Notes: generated from the sequence alone by a model not told the origin. Shown: positions 27,086 through 38,012, numbered from the stretch's first letter. The stretch is 39,178 nucleotides of DNA from an uncultured archaeon (GCA_964458565.1 CAYWJO010000033.1:1-39178); one strand, 5' to 3'. Translations and numbers: made by a program.

Positions 27086-28408
27086 TTAGAAGAGTCTATC
27101 TAGTTTGATTTTTTCAATATTGGTTATGTTTTTTATCAACTCCTCAACTTTTCCAGCACTCATATGCTTGGAAGCTGACCTCCTGAAATTTGCTTCGACC
27201 TCTTTATCTGTTAAAGAAGGAAATTCATCTCCTTCTATTTGGTGTTTCCTACCATCTATCGTGGTAATAACAACTTTGTTGTAAAAGCCTTCATACGATT
27301 CTTCAGTTTTCACGTCCACAATCTTCGCAAGCTCTTTCACTTCATTATCTTGGTAATGGTTTACAGTTTCAACAGACACATCACCAAAAACCAAACCAAT
27401 CGCAGTTGCACATGGTAATGATTTGTAAGCTTGGGTTTTATTGAGATAAGGTCCAAAATCAAGAATACTGGAGCTCAGAGGTCCTTTTGTTACTCGATTT
27501 CCAGCAAGAATTTCTACACTAACTATTTCTTTGAATGGAATCTCATTCTCTTTTGCTAGGAAAATGATGTTATGGATTACGGGTAGAATGGTTGTGATTA
27601 CTGAGTAGGCCTTGAGTGATACGTCTGGTACAGAATATCGACTGCCTAATGAATCCATAAACTGATTGATATTATCAGGTTGTTGTCCACAATATGCATG
27701 AAAGAATCCACGGTCACCTTCAAATGAGAATCTTGCTCCGTCAGAACCAGATCTTGCTAGAAGTGCTGAAATAACACCATTCTGTGCTGCAAGACCACTA
27801 GCAAATAACCACTCAGAAGTGCCTTCTAGCCAACACTGCATTAAGCCTGAAGCCATATTTACAGAATTAGCTAAAGTATAAACAGTTTCTTTCTGGTTCA
27901 ATCCTAGAGCATGAGCACTAGTTGCAGCTGCACCAAGAACGCCATAAATTGTGGTACCTCTCCAACCTCTGGAACCAGAATAACTCATACATAAATCCCC
28001 AATTTTAATATTAACTTCATAACCTGCGATTATGGCAGATAATATTGTCTTTCCCTCAATGGATTCTTCTTCACCCAAAGCAAAACCTGCTGGTATTGTA
28101 TGAGGACCCGGATGAAGCCCTTTGTATGTGTCTTCTTGCTGAATACTGTGCATCAATACAGCATTCGCAAAGGCAGCGGAGATTGCTGAGGTTTTTTTTG
28201 GCTGTCCTAGAATTGTTGCATTACCTTCTGCACGATGATATTGATTTACCAATTTCAAAGCGATTTGTGAATCGGTTTCATTGATACCTGAATAACCCGT
28301 ATGAAGGTGATGCAGGATAAGACTTTTCGTCTTTCTACGAACATCAATTGGGATTTCAGCAAATTCCAGATTTGACACGAATTCTGATAGTGATTCAATA
28401 ATCGTCAT
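27086..28408 (-). CDS. MmgE/PrpD family protein
   Basis: AAFANAVLMH..EDT..HPG, GYEV, RGWRGT, G.AAQNG, FEGDRGF. Confidence 0.9.
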   Translation of the reverse strand: MTIIESLSEFVSNLEFAEIPIDVRRKTKSLILHHLHTGYSGINETDSQIALKLVNQYHRAEGNATILGQPKKTSAISAAFANAVLMHSIQQEDTYKGLHPGPHTIPAGFALGEEESIEGKTILSAIIAGYEVNIKIGDLCMSYSGSRGWRGTTIYGVLGAAATSAHALGLNQKETVYTLANSVNMASGLMQCWLEGTSEWLFASGLAAQNGVISALLARSGSDGARFSFEGDRGFFHAYCGQQPDNINQFMDSLGSRYSVPDVSLKAYSVITTILPVIHNIIFLAKENEIPFKEIVSVEILAGNRVTKGPLSSSILDFGPYLNKTQAYKSLPCATAIGLVFGDVSVETVNHYQDNEVKELAKIVDVKTEESYEGFYNKVVITTIDGRKHQIEGDEFPSLTDKEVEANFRRSASKHMSAGKVEELIKNITNIEKIKLDRLF

Positions 28409-28426
28409 TTTTACACCTCAAAATCA

Positions 28427-29224
28427 TTATACAAGGCTTAATCCGGATGGACTTCCAAGGGATCTTATAACTGAGCCATAGATGGATGCCAGAGTGAAGT
28501 CGCCAGTTACTCCCTTTATCACGGATGATCTTTTTATCTCAAGGAGGGCACCACCTCCTCTAGCTGTAATATGTTGCAGGGCATCGTTGGAGTTAGGATC
28601 AGTAATCAAGATCGATCTAGTATCATCAAATCCCAGACATGACATCGCTACAACTGCATGTGCATTAACATTTCTAGGAAACATAGAGCAAATACCGCGA
28701 GTAGGTCCATCATAGAGTGTTGTTTTTTCTTTGATATCAGATGGATCCCATTTATCGGTAAACGAGAAGTCGATATTTCGAGGATTTTTAATTGTAATAA
28801 TTTGAACCTCTTCCAAAGTTGACCGCGCATCGAAAAGACCATCCATCCCTAGAATTGCGCCATGGGGGATGAAATACCTTGTCTTGAATTCCGTACATAT
28901 ATTTTGGATACGCTCGTGAAGTTTCTTATCAGATAATGCAGTTACAGAGAGTATCATCATGTTAGTGTTTTCTAAAACTTGTGGAGCAAGATGTTGTACT
29001 ACACGAAAATCAGCTGCCTCTACAACCAAATCTACATCGCTTTCTAACATTTCATCTTCTTTACTAAGAACAAGGGAACTATCTAGAGCTAAGGTTTTTG
29101 ATTTATCAGGTTCAAAAACACAAGCGACTTCGATCTGTGGGTTCATCAGAGTCTGTTCAAGAATATAAGATCCAATTCTACCAAAACCAAGTAGACCAAT
29201 CGTATTTGTCATTAATTTCACCAA
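28427..29224 (-). CDS. Aspartate dehydrogenase (NadX)-like protein
   Basis: GFGRIG Rossmann motif, DLVVEAA, PHGAILGMD, K.P, FPRNVNA. Confidence 0.85.
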   Translation of the reverse strand: MVKLMTNTIGLLGFGRIGSYILEQTLMNPQIEVACVFEPDKSKTLALDSSLVLSKEDEMLESDVDLVVEAADFRVVQHLAPQVLENTNMMILSVTALSDKKLHERIQNICTEFKTRYFIPHGAILGMDGLFDARSTLEEVQIITIKNPRNIDFSFTDKWDPSDIKEKTTLYDGPTRGICSMFPRNVNAHAVVAMSCLGFDDTRSILITDPNSNDALQHITARGGGALLEIKRSSVIKGVTGDFTLASIYGSVIRSLGSPSGLSLV

Positions 29225-29302
29225 GAATTGTTGATATTATTGATAGTGCATAAAATAATAACAGCAATAAATTGTTTTTTATTTTTAATTTCATGTTTAT
29301 TT

Positions 29303-30598
29303 CTATTTATGAATAATATTTTCGAATATTGAGAGAACTCGATCAATTACATCTGTTTCTGTTATTAGAGGAGGACAAATACGAACAACGTTTTGATAAA
29401 CACCCGCTGGAAATACAAGCAGTCCATTCTTCACAGCTTTTTGGATTACCTCTTCAGTAAGTACTGGATTGGGTTTTTTATTTTCTTTATCCTTCACCAA
29501 TTCTATTCCAAGAAGATACCCTTTCCCTCTGATATCTCCTATAGTTGGTATTTCTCCTGCAAGATCCTCTAAACAAGATTTGAAGTATGCTCCATTTTTA
29601 GCAACTTTATCTAGAAGGTCAGATTCTTCAATTGATTCAATATTGGCAATACTTGCAGCGGCTGCAATAGGATTCCCAGAAAAGGTTCCACCACCGCGGA
29701 AGTTCTTCATAATTTCATCACTCGAAATAATTGCTCCTAGAGTGAGACCTGCTGCAATAGGTTTTGCCAAATACAATAAATCGACTTCAACATCCCAATG
29801 CTCTATGGCAAACATTTTACCTGTTCTACCAAAACCAGTTGTAACCTCATCTATCGCAATTAAAATGCCATATTCATTACATAATTCTCTCAATCCCTTC
29901 AGATAACCATCTGGCAACGCGATTACGCCCCCGTGAACTTGAATTGGTTCTAGAAAGATAGCTGCTACTTTGTCGGGTGGGATTGCTTTTGTTTCAAATT
30001 GGTATCGAACAAAATCTAGACAGCTAAATTGACAATTTGGGTATGTTTCATTAAACAAGCAACGATAACAATATGGATATGGTATATAATAGGTTCCAGA
30101 AACATTGGGAACTCCATACTTACGACCATGGGGAGACGTGTTTAAAGACAATGCGCCAAGGGATGTTTGGCCATGAAAACAACCGAAAGAACACATAACC
30201 AATTCTCGCTTAGTGTATTGCTTTACAAGATTAAGGGTTAATTCAGTAGCTTCTGAACCCGTATTGCAGAATCCAATCTTTGAATTCTTAAAATATGATG
30301 GAGAAATGAGTTTCAATTTTTCTGCAAGACGAATTCGTGTGTCATTAGGCACCCAGCCGAATGAAGCAAGACCAGTTAAATCAATCTGATTCTTTACTGC
30401 TTCAAGAACCTTCTGAGGGGAATGACCCAGATTAGAAGTTTGGCCTCCTGAGGTGAAATCAAGATATTTATTCCCATCAATATCAATAATGTAAAGTCCA
30501 TCAGTCTGATGAACCACAAGATTAGGAAATCGATACTTTCTCGCAATCGAGTTCACATCTCGTCGTACCCAATCTGTAGAATTATTTGACTCGCTCAT
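29303..30598 (-). CDS. Class III PLP aminotransferase (GabT-like)
   Basis: DGNKYLDF, TGSEA, FHGQT, EPIQ, DEVTTGFGRTG, AK, GTFSGNP. Confidence 0.93.
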   Translation of the reverse strand: MSESNNSTDWVRRDVNSIARKYRFPNLVVHQTDGLYIIDIDGNKYLDFTSGGQTSNLGHSPQKVLEAVKNQIDLTGLASFGWVPNDTRIRLAEKLKLISPSYFKNSKIGFCNTGSEATELTLNLVKQYTKRELVMCSFGCFHGQTSLGALSLNTSPHGRKYGVPNVSGTYYIPYPYCYRCLFNETYPNCQFSCLDFVRYQFETKAIPPDKVAAIFLEPIQVHGGVIALPDGYLKGLRELCNEYGILIAIDEVTTGFGRTGKMFAIEHWDVEVDLLYLAKPIAAGLTLGAIISSDEIMKNFRGGGTFSGNPIAAAASIANIESIEESDLLDKVAKNGAYFKSCLEDLAGEIPTIGDIRGKGYLLGIELVKDKENKKPNPVLTEEVIQKAVKNGLLVFPAGVYQNVVRICPPLITETDVIDRVLSIFENIIHK

Positions 30599-30630
30599 TT
30601 CAAAATTCGCCCTGGTATATTAAAAAATAT

Positions 30631-30673
30631 GAAAAAAGTGGGGGGGAATGGCGCTGGAGAGGCGCGCCATTCC
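30631..30673 (-). terminator. GC-rich hairpin with T-tract downstream of the SBP gene
   Basis: Perfect 10-bp stem GGAATGGCGC / GCGCCATTCC (30645-30673), followed on the minus strand by cccccacttttttc. Confidence 0.7.
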
Positions 30674-30683
30674 TTAGGATGAT

Positions 30684-32297
30684 TTATGGTGTAAATACAA
30701 CATCTTCATAATGGACATCGTAGCGGAGGACACCATAAACTGCGCCGGACACATCAGCCCTAGTGAATTGATACTGCACTTCTCGCCATAAGAAGATGTT
30801 AGGAACCCATTCATTCCAGAGGTCTTGGAGCTCATCAAGAATTTCCAATTTTCTTGTGTCATTGGTTGTTCCAGCTGCTTCTTGGATTAGAGTATCGACA
30901 TATGGATAGAGACCAACCATATCGCCCTCTAAGATTTCAGAATATCCTGTACCAAAGCCACCTGATGACATAAATGGAGTTGCCCAATTATCCGTTGATG
31001 GATAATCTGCAGTCCATGCCCATATCATCGTCTCCTGTGTTGATGTATACTTGAATGCATCTTTGAAAGCTCCATATTCAGCTGTGTGAATAGTCACATC
31101 AAAACCAGCATCATCAGCATATTCTGCAATCAAAGCAGCAACATCGGGTTCAGTGACACCATAATGAGTTGGTGTTATCCAGAGATCTACTGCGATTGGA
31201 GCAGTTAAACCAGCAGCTGCAATAAGTTCCAATGCCTTTGTCGCATTGTATTCATACGTGGCTGCTTGTTTATATCCAATATACTCAGGAGGAAGGAAGC
31301 TGTATAGTCTTTCTCCCATTCCATCAAGAACAACACTTACGATTTGATCATATGGAATTGCATACGCAAAAGCTTGACGTAGGGATTTATTCGGGAAGTG
31401 ATCCCAAACAGTTCCATTCATTTCAAATGTAAGCCATCTGCACGATGAAGCTGCACTCATATCATGAGAAACCAAATTAGTATTCGCTAGAAGACTTTCA
31501 TAGTCCACCAGATTGAATCTTCCATCAGTAGCATCTATGTCACCCTGCTCAATCGCGAGTTTCATGGTGCTTGGATCTGATAATTGAACAAAGACTAATT
31601 CATCTATTTGAATTTCTTCACCAGCTTCTAACTGCCACCAATCCTGATTTGCTTCCATCACGACCTCATTATCGATGATTTTACTTACAAATTTGAAGGG
31701 TCCAGTTCCAATCGGATGATTTACATCATCATCACCATACTTTTCTGTAGCAGTCGGACTTGGAATCATTGTTGCTATGTGAGCAAGCATTCCTCTAAAG
31801 TCAGAATTTGCAAAGTTAAGTGTGAATTTCACTGTATAGGTACTGATGACTTCAGTCTTGTTCAGTAACGCCTCCGTGAAAATGTAAGTCATTCCACGAT
31901 TTACATCGAACATTCTATCGAAGTGATCCTTCACACAAGATGCATTAAATGGCGTTCCATCATGGAAAGTAATTCCTTGCCTAAGTGTGAATGTATATTC
32001 CAGACCATCCGCTGACACTGTACCCATATCTGTTGCAAGAACTGGTTCGAGTACAAGAGTAGTACCCACGTAACCAAATAAAGCTTCAAACATCTGGTTA
32101 ACAATCGGATCATCGCCACCTGACACATATTGTGGGTGTGCTACACGTCCTATTGCCAATGTCGTTCCAACTGTAAAATTAACCTTTTCAGTCGGAGTAG
32201 TTGTTGTACCAGCCATAGATGCAAAGTAGACCAATCCACCGCTCATGCCGATAATAACAACCACAAGGATAGCAATAACTGCATTTTTCTTATCCAA
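30684..32297 (-). CDS. ABC transporter substrate-binding protein, family 5 (DppA/OppA-like), N-terminally anchored
   Basis: N-terminal TM plus Thr-rich linker; LEPVLA..YTFTLRQGITFHDGTPFNA; PIGTGPF; LRQAFAYAI. Confidence 0.95.
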   Translation of the reverse strand: MDKKNAVIAILVVVIIGMSGGLVYFASMAGTTTTPTEKVNFTVGTTLAIGRVAHPQYVSGGDDPIVNQMFEALFGYVGTTLVLEPVLATDMGTVSADGLEYTFTLRQGITFHDGTPFNASCVKDHFDRMFDVNRGMTYIFTEALLNKTEVISTYTVKFTLNFANSDFRGMLAHIATMIPSPTATEKYGDDDVNHPIGTGPFKFVSKIIDNEVVMEANQDWWQLEAGEEIQIDELVFVQLSDPSTMKLAIEQGDIDATDGRFNLVDYESLLANTNLVSHDMSAASSCRWLTFEMNGTVWDHFPNKSLRQAFAYAIPYDQIVSVVLDGMGERLYSFLPPEYIGYKQAATYEYNATKALELIAAAGLTAPIAVDLWITPTHYGVTEPDVAALIAEYADDAGFDVTIHTAEYGAFKDAFKYTSTQETMIWAWTADYPSTDNWATPFMSSGGFGTGYSEILEGDMVGLYPYVDTLIQEAAGTTNDTRKLEILDELQDLWNEWVPNIFLWREVQYQFTRADVSGAVYGVLRYDVHYEDVVFTP

Positions 32298-32495
32298 TTT
32301 TGCCGTCTCCTCTGTTAATTAAATTAATATCGAATTATTACAAATTGCAATATAAAAGCATATCGGGAAAATGAAAAAATCGTATTAAATATTAATTATA
32401 TCCTATTTTTTTTGTTAATAATCTCAGAAACTAAGATTTTTTATGTAGCTTTGTTTAATTTTCAAGTTGTACGACAGCATAAGAGGAAAATGATA

Positions 32496-33503
32496 ATGGG
32501 TTTCAAAAGATATATAGCTTTCCGATTATTGACAATGGCCGCAGTTGTATTCATAATGTTGACAATTGTCTTTTTTGCAATACATATTATCCCTGGAGAT
32601 CCAGTGTCTAATATGGTTGGAGAAAATGCAAGCGAAGAGTATATAGACGCCATTAGACATGAATTAGGACTTGACAAACCTTTGATACTACAGTATCTAG
32701 ATTATATGAGCGGCGTATTTACAGGAAATTTAGGTAAATCAATTGTCTTAGACACAAGTGTAAGCGAACTAATTTGGCAACGTGCTGGAGTAACAATCCA
32801 GTTATCAATTTTTGCATGGACAATTTCAGTTATTTTAGGAGTCGCAATTGGAAGGTTCTCCGCTCAAAAACCAGGAAATATATCAGACCACTCTATTCGC
32901 CTTGTCACCTTGTTTTTGTATGCAATACCTGTTTATGTTTTAGGAATATTATGTCAATTGATATTTGGAGTATATCTAAATTGGTTACCAATATTTGGAA
33001 CGCACAGTCCCAGAATTCGACCACCAAATATCACAGGTTTGATATTGGTGGACATGTTAATAGTTGGCAATATCCCAGGATTCGTGGATGCATTCCTGCA
33101 TTTTCTGCTTCCATCATTGGTTCTTTCAGCTAGTTATGTTGCTGTAACAATTCGTTTAACACGGTCTGAAACCGTAAAATCACTCAAGAGGACCTACTGT
33201 CTATTGGCGGAAGCTAAGGGACTAGATAGAAAAACAATAACAGTAAAGCATGCCTTTCGGAATGCTTTGCTACCAGTTGTCACTCTAATTGGGATGCAGG
33301 CTGGCTCATTATTGACAGGATCAGTACTAATTGAAACTGTGTTTTCTTTGAATGGTCTTGGATCCTTATTGTTCACAGCTGCTTCAATGAGAGATTATAT
33401 TCTCACACAAGGAGTTGTCACGATTTTCGTATTAATTACATCCTTCATTGGATTGCTGATTGATATATCATACTATTTTCTCGATCCAAGAGTGAGATAT
33501 TAG
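32496..33503 (+). CDS. Peptide/nickel ABC transporter permease (DppB-like)
   Basis: IPGDP, LGLDKPL..QY, GNLG.S, AEAKGL..KHAFRNALLP, IETVF, RDY. Start 32490 or 32496 after GAGGA. Confidence 0.95.
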   Translation: MGFKRYIAFRLLTMAAVVFIMLTIVFFAIHIIPGDPVSNMVGENASEEYIDAIRHELGLDKPLILQYLDYMSGVFTGNLGKSIVLDTSVSELIWQRAGVTIQLSIFAWTISVILGVAIGRFSAQKPGNISDHSIRLVTLFLYAIPVYVLGILCQLIFGVYLNWLPIFGTHSPRIRPPNITGLILVDMLIVGNIPGFVDAFLHFLLPSLVLSASYVAVTIRLTRSETVKSLKRTYCLLAEAKGLDRKTITVKHAFRNALLPVVTLIGMQAGSLLTGSVLIETVFSLNGLGSLLFTAASMRDYILTQGVVTIFVLITSFIGLLIDISYYFLDPRVRY

Positions 33504-33505
33504 GA

Positions 33506-34438
33506 GTGATGATGATGAATACAACTGATGTTACCTTAAAACCCAATGAAAGAATCAAAAATGTGTTTTCCAAAATATATAGGAGAATTAAGTCCGGTTA
33601 TGGAAAAATCAATACATTAACACGTAATGAACGTATAACCTTTCTTCTAGGTCTCGGTATGGTTTTATTTTTGATATTCCTCGCAGTTTTTGCGGACTTG
33701 ATTGCACCTTTCGATCCATATCACATTCATGAGGAATATACTCATGAGCCGCCAAGTTTTTCATGGTTTTTGGGTACAGATTCACTAGGACGTGATGTTC
33801 TTAGTAGAGTAATTTATGGAGCTCGCATTTCACTATTAGTAGGACTAGCGTCTGTCTTTATTGCTACAGCTATAGGAGCTACTCTTGGAGTTATAACAGG
33901 TTATCTTGGAGGAAATATTGACCGCTTGATTACACTCCCTATGGACGCGTTATATTCATTTCCAGCCTTTCTAACGGCGCTACTGATTACAGTTGCTCTT
34001 GGAGGAGGCCTTCTCTATACTGCAATCGCTGTTGCAATTGGACTTCTACCAAGATTCTATCGTACTGTCAGAAGTGCTGCTATATCCATTAAGGAAGAGG
34101 AATTTGTGGAAGCTGAGATTTCCATAGGAGCTAGCGATTATTATATTATTTTCAAGCATATCTTTCCACTCACCTTGAATGTTCTTGTTGTTGTCATTAC
34201 TGTAAGCATTGCCACAGCTATTCTAAGTATTGCAGGTCTTGGTTTTCTAGGACTTGGAGTACCACCACCTATACCTGAATGGGGTTCAGATTTAGCAGCA
34301 GGGCGGCCAAATATTCTATCCGGAATTTGGTGGACCACAATGGGTCCCGCTATTTTCATTTTCATAACAGTGCTTGGGTTCAACCTTGTGGGAGAAGGAA
34401 TGAACAAGATATATGGAGCAGCACTGGAGGAGATCTAG
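33506..34438 (+). CDS. Peptide/nickel ABC transporter permease (DppC-like)
   Basis: LGTDSLGRDVLSRVIYGARISL, EFVEA..GAS, LGFLGLG..PEWG. Confidence 0.95.
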   Translation: MMMMNTTDVTLKPNERIKNVFSKIYRRIKSGYGKINTLTRNERITFLLGLGMVLFLIFLAVFADLIAPFDPYHIHEEYTHEPPSFSWFLGTDSLGRDVLSRVIYGARISLLVGLASVFIATAIGATLGVITGYLGGNIDRLITLPMDALYSFPAFLTALLITVALGGGLLYTAIAVAIGLLPRFYRTVRSAAISIKEEEFVEAEISIGASDYYIIFKHIFPLTLNVLVVVITVSIATAILSIAGLGFLGLGVPPPIPEWGSDLAAGRPNILSGIWWTTMGPAIFIFITVLGFNLVGEGMNKIYGAALEEI

Positions 34439-34440
34439 AA

Positions 34441-35406
34441 ATGACGTATATTCTTGATGTGAAGGATCTCTATACGATTTACTCAACACCTGTTGGTGAT
34501 GTGAAAGCCGTAGATGGATGTTCTATTAACCTCAAGAAGGGAGAAACCTTGGGGATTGCTGGAGAATCTGGTTGTGGGAAAACCACCTTCGCATTATCGA
34601 TTTTAAGACTGATACAACCTCCACATAAGGTCGTTAAAGGATCTGTTATCTATAAGGAAAAGGATATTCTAAATATACCAATTAAAGAATTTAGAAAGTT
34701 TAGATGGAAGGATCTTTCTCTTGTACTTCAGCAATCAATGTATGCACTGAATCCGATGATACGAATTGTTGATCAGATGATTGAACCGCTCCTACTAGAC
34801 AAGATTGATCGAGAAACAGCAATAGAACGTGCAAAATATCTCCTAGAACTGGTAGGGATTGAATCAACTAGAATTACCTGTTATCCTCATGAGTTCAGCG
34901 GTGGTATGAAGCAACGTGTTCTGATTGCCCTTTCTCTAATGTCTGAACCCAAAATTGTAATCCTTGATGAACCAACAACAGCTCTTGATGTAGTAGTCCA
35001 GCATATGATTTTGAAGCTTATAGATGATTTGAAAACAAAATTTGACCTATCTGTAATCTGGATAACACATGATTTGGCGGTATTAGCAGAACTTTGCGAT
35101 AGGATTGCAATTATGTATGCAGGAAGAATTGTGGAAACAGGAACATCCCTTGAAGTAATCTTAGATCCCAAACATCCCTATACAAAGGGTCTGCTTGAAT
35201 CATTTCCAACTATTGATCAACTTGACAAGAAACTAACCGCAATAAAAGGATCCCCACCCGATTTAATCACCCCACCATCCGGGTGCGCGTTTCACCCCAG
35301 ATGTCAATTTGCAGATGAGAAATGTATGAAAGAACGTCCTCACAATGAAGAAATTGAAGGACGCGATAGAGGATACATTGAATGTCACCATTGGAGGGAC
35401 TTGTAA
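34441..35406 (+). CDS. Peptide ABC transporter ATPase (DppD/OppD-like)
   Basis: GESGCGKT, FSGGMKQR, DEPTTALD, HPYT, GCAFHPRC. Start reassigned to ATG 34441 after GGAGG. Confidence 0.95.
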   Translation: MTYILDVKDLYTIYSTPVGDVKAVDGCSINLKKGETLGIAGESGCGKTTFALSILRLIQPPHKVVKGSVIYKEKDILNIPIKEFRKFRWKDLSLVLQQSMYALNPMIRIVDQMIEPLLLDKIDRETAIERAKYLLELVGIESTRITCYPHEFSGGMKQRVLIALSLMSEPKIVILDEPTTALDVVVQHMILKLIDDLKTKFDLSVIWITHDLAVLAELCDRIAIMYAGRIVETGTSLEVILDPKHPYTKGLLESFPTIDQLDKKLTAIKGSPPDLITPPSGCAFHPRCQFADEKCMKERPHNEEIEGRDRGYIECHHWRDL

Positions 35407-35407
35407 G

Positions 35408-36454
35408 ATGGCCTCTGATAAAAGTATCATTGAGACGGATAATATTAAGAAATTCTTTCCTCTAAAACAGGGTTTGTCAATTACTAATCGAGCAGTAGCA
35501 TATATTCATGCAGTAGATGGGGTAGATGTCAGTATTCCCGATGAGGAAGTACTAGGAATAGTGGGTGAAAGTGGGTGTGGAAAGACAACTCTAGGAAAGA
35601 TGTTAATTCGGCTCTTAGAACCAACTGATGGAAAATTATTGTATAAGGGAGAAGACATCACGCATTTATCAAACAAACAAATGAAGAAATATCGAAGTGA
35701 TATGCAGATGATATTTCAAGACCCATTTTCAAGTCTACCTGTCAGATACACCGCAAGCCAAATTCTTTGTGAACCACTTAACATACACAAACGTGTTTCG
35801 ACAAATGAAGAAGCAATTGACAAAGCCTCTCAATTACTTGAGGATGTCGGTTTAACACCAACCGATGTATTTCTGCAAAAGCATCCTAATGAATTAAGTG
35901 GAGGGCAAAGACAGAGGCTTTGCATAGCTAGAGCAATTGCCCTTAAACCCAAGTTCATTGTGGCTGATGAACCAGTTTCTATGTTAGATCTATCTGTCAG
36001 AGCAGGTGTTCTCAATCTTATCAAAGATCTTAAGGATGAATATGGACTCACATTGATGCTCATCACTCATGATCTTGCTAGTGCTCAATACATGTGTAAT
36101 ATGATTTCAATCATGTACATTGGAAATATTGTTGAAATGGGACGAGGAAAGGAAATTTTACAAACGCCATACCATCCTTATACAATGTTACTAAAGGCTG
36201 CTTTACCAACTCTTGATCCACGTACAAAACACCATCAGAAGACTTTACCTGGAGAAGGAGATTTGCCAAATCCATTGGATCTCCCAACAGGCTGCAGATT
36301 TCATACCAGATGTATATTTGCAAAAACGGAATGCAAACGAGATATTCCTGAACTTCGAGAATATGGAAGAAGACAAATCTCCTGCCATGGTGTAGGAGAT
36401 TGGATTGATCCTGAAGCTTTAGCTGCTGAATTGGAGGTTTCCCCTATTGAGTGA
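35408..36454 (+). CDS. Peptide ABC transporter ATPase (DppF/OppF-like)
   Basis: GESGCGKT, LSGGQRQR, DEPVSMLD, HPYT, GCRFHTRC. Start reassigned to ATG 35408. Confidence 0.95.
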   Translation: MASDKSIIETDNIKKFFPLKQGLSITNRAVAYIHAVDGVDVSIPDEEVLGIVGESGCGKTTLGKMLIRLLEPTDGKLLYKGEDITHLSNKQMKKYRSDMQMIFQDPFSSLPVRYTASQILCEPLNIHKRVSTNEEAIDKASQLLEDVGLTPTDVFLQKHPNELSGGQRQRLCIARAIALKPKFIVADEPVSMLDLSVRAGVLNLIKDLKDEYGLTLMLITHDLASAQYMCNMISIMYIGNIVEMGRGKEILQTPYHPYTMLLKAALPTLDPRTKHHQKTLPGEGDLPNPLDLPTGCRFHTRCIFAKTECKRDIPELREYGRRQISCHGVGDWIDPEALAAELEVSPIE

Positions 36455-36917
36455 TGAACCGTATAAAGAAAATAAAATTCCTAATCATTGGCCTACAGCT
36501 GAAAAGAGATCCGTCGTAGGAGATATGGTTGCCATTTCAGGTTTAAGACTTTACAATCGAGGAACCGATTTGATGTATCCACGAAGTCGTTCATTCCCAA
36601 AGGGGACTATCGTTGAAATCACACTCACTGATGAGGAAGATGTGAATCCAGGAGATAGGATAAATTCTGTTCTTTACATTGGTTTTTTTGAAGTGACAAT
36701 AGGTGGAATCATTGTGGTCGGTGAATTAGTGAGGATAAACGGGAATGAAATAGGTTCAGTTGCAGGTTTCAGTGATGTTCATGAACCTAATCACTTGAAT
36801 CTTTTGATTATGGGCAACAAAGACACAGTTGAACAATTCATGAAAGATGTTGAAGATTCGAGTATAGTGAAAACTGGGATTCATCTGAACCACAAGATTA
36901 TGTTTGGTAATAAATAG
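36447..36917 (+). CDS. Conserved hypothetical beta-barrel protein (resembles DUF6917)
   Basis: YIGFFEV..GGIIVVG..IG.VAGF.D.H.PNHLN pattern; overlaps the dppF stop. Confidence 0.55.
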   Translation: MSDEPYKENKIPNHWPTAEKRSVVGDMVAISGLRLYNRGTDLMYPRSRSFPKGTIVEITLTDEEDVNPGDRINSVLYIGFFEVTIGGIIVVGELVRINGNEIGSVAGFSDVHEPNHLNLLIMGNKDTVEQFMKDVEDSSIVKTGIHLNHKIMFGNK

Positions 36918-36926
36918 GAAGGATGT

Positions 36927-38012
36927 TTGTTCATGAGTAGAGAATTCCCTTTAATTGAAGTAGAAGGAACCCCTAATAGCATAGGATTACAATATGGAGA
37001 GAAATGCCGCCCTTTGATACAAAGAAGATTACAGGTTATGAAACAATTATTTCAGAACGGTGATTTATTTGATTTCAAATTCGAAAAAGCTATAGAATGT
37101 TCTCAGAAATTTCTACCATTCATTCAAAAATACAACCCTGAGTTCATTGAAGAGATGAATGCATTAGCTGATGGGGCTGAATTAGATAAAAACGACATTC
37201 TCTTCTTAAATGTTCTATACGAGTTCTTCTCAAGAAAGATACCTGGTGTATGGGATAGATGCACCACACTGTTTGTGAAACCTGATGTAACATCTGACGG
37301 AATCACAATCATCGGACAAAATGACGATTGGAATGAAATGTTTAGAGAGTTTATGATCCTCCTGAAGATACGTCAGAAATCAAAGCCAGATATTATACAG
37401 CTCTGCGATGCTGGTACAATAGGAGGAAATGGGATTAATAACTCAGGGATTGCGCTTTGTGCAAATTCAATTATTTCAGGTGGCTGGTCTTTTGAAGGAG
37501 TTCCACATCTTCTAATTAAGCGAGGAATTCTAAATAGCCAGAATTTAGCTGATTCTATTGCAGCTATTACATCTGTTCCGAGATGTTCATCACACAATTT
37601 TCTCTTGGCTCATTCTGATGGAGAGGGGATTGATATTGAAGCGACACCAACTCAATGTAATTTTATTTTTCCAGAAGAAGGATTCATTACACATTCCAAT
37701 CACTTTGTCAGTCAAAATCCTCATATCCATGACTATAAGGTATTGAGATCACCAGACACTCTTCTCAGAAAACAAAGGGCTGATACAATTCTTAATGAAG
37801 AGAAAGGACGAATTTCACTTAGTACGATTAAACGAGTATTCACTGATCATTTTAGCAAGCCCCATTCTGTGTGTAGACACCCAAATTCTCAGACACCACC
37901 CATCAATCAAATGCAAACCAATGCTTCAATGATAGTTGATATGACAAATCGTGAATTGCATCTATCTAATGGACCCCCATGCATAAATGAATATAATATT
38001 TACGAGATTTAA
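36927..38012 (+). CDS. Peptidase C45 family Ntn-hydrolase (AAT-like)
   Basis: EGTP..IG.QYG, EEM.ALA.GA, autoprocessing site R|CTT, GQNDDW, GINNSG, HSNHF, SVCRH. Confidence 0.9.
   Translation: MFMSREFPLIEVEGTPNSIGLQYGEKCRPLIQRRLQVMKQLFQNGDLFDFKFEKAIECSQKFLPFIQKYNPEFIEEMNALADGAELDKNDILFLNVLYEFFSRKIPGVWDRCTTLFVKPDVTSDGITIIGQNDDWNEMFREFMILLKIRQKSKPDIIQLCDAGTIGGNGINNSGIALCANSIISGGWSFEGVPHLLIKRGILNSQNLADSIAAITSVPRCSSHNFLLAHSDGEGIDIEATPTQCNFIFPEEGFITHSNHFVSQNPHIHDYKVLRSPDTLLRKQRADTILNEEKGRISLSTIKRVFTDHFSKPHSVCRHPNSQTPPINQMQTNASMIVDMTNRELHLSNGPPCINEYNIYEI

Noticed and set aside
28427-29224. Calling this gene nadX of de novo NAD synthesis
   Set aside because: Family membership is clear, but nadA/nadC are absent from the window and the context is catabolic, so no symbol was assigned.
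34279-34440. Long N-terminal extensions of DppD, DppF (35345) and DppB (32412) in the ORF track
   Set aside because: They overlap upstream genes or promoter DNA. Downstream ATGs with SD motifs or stop-start coupling give normal-length proteins.
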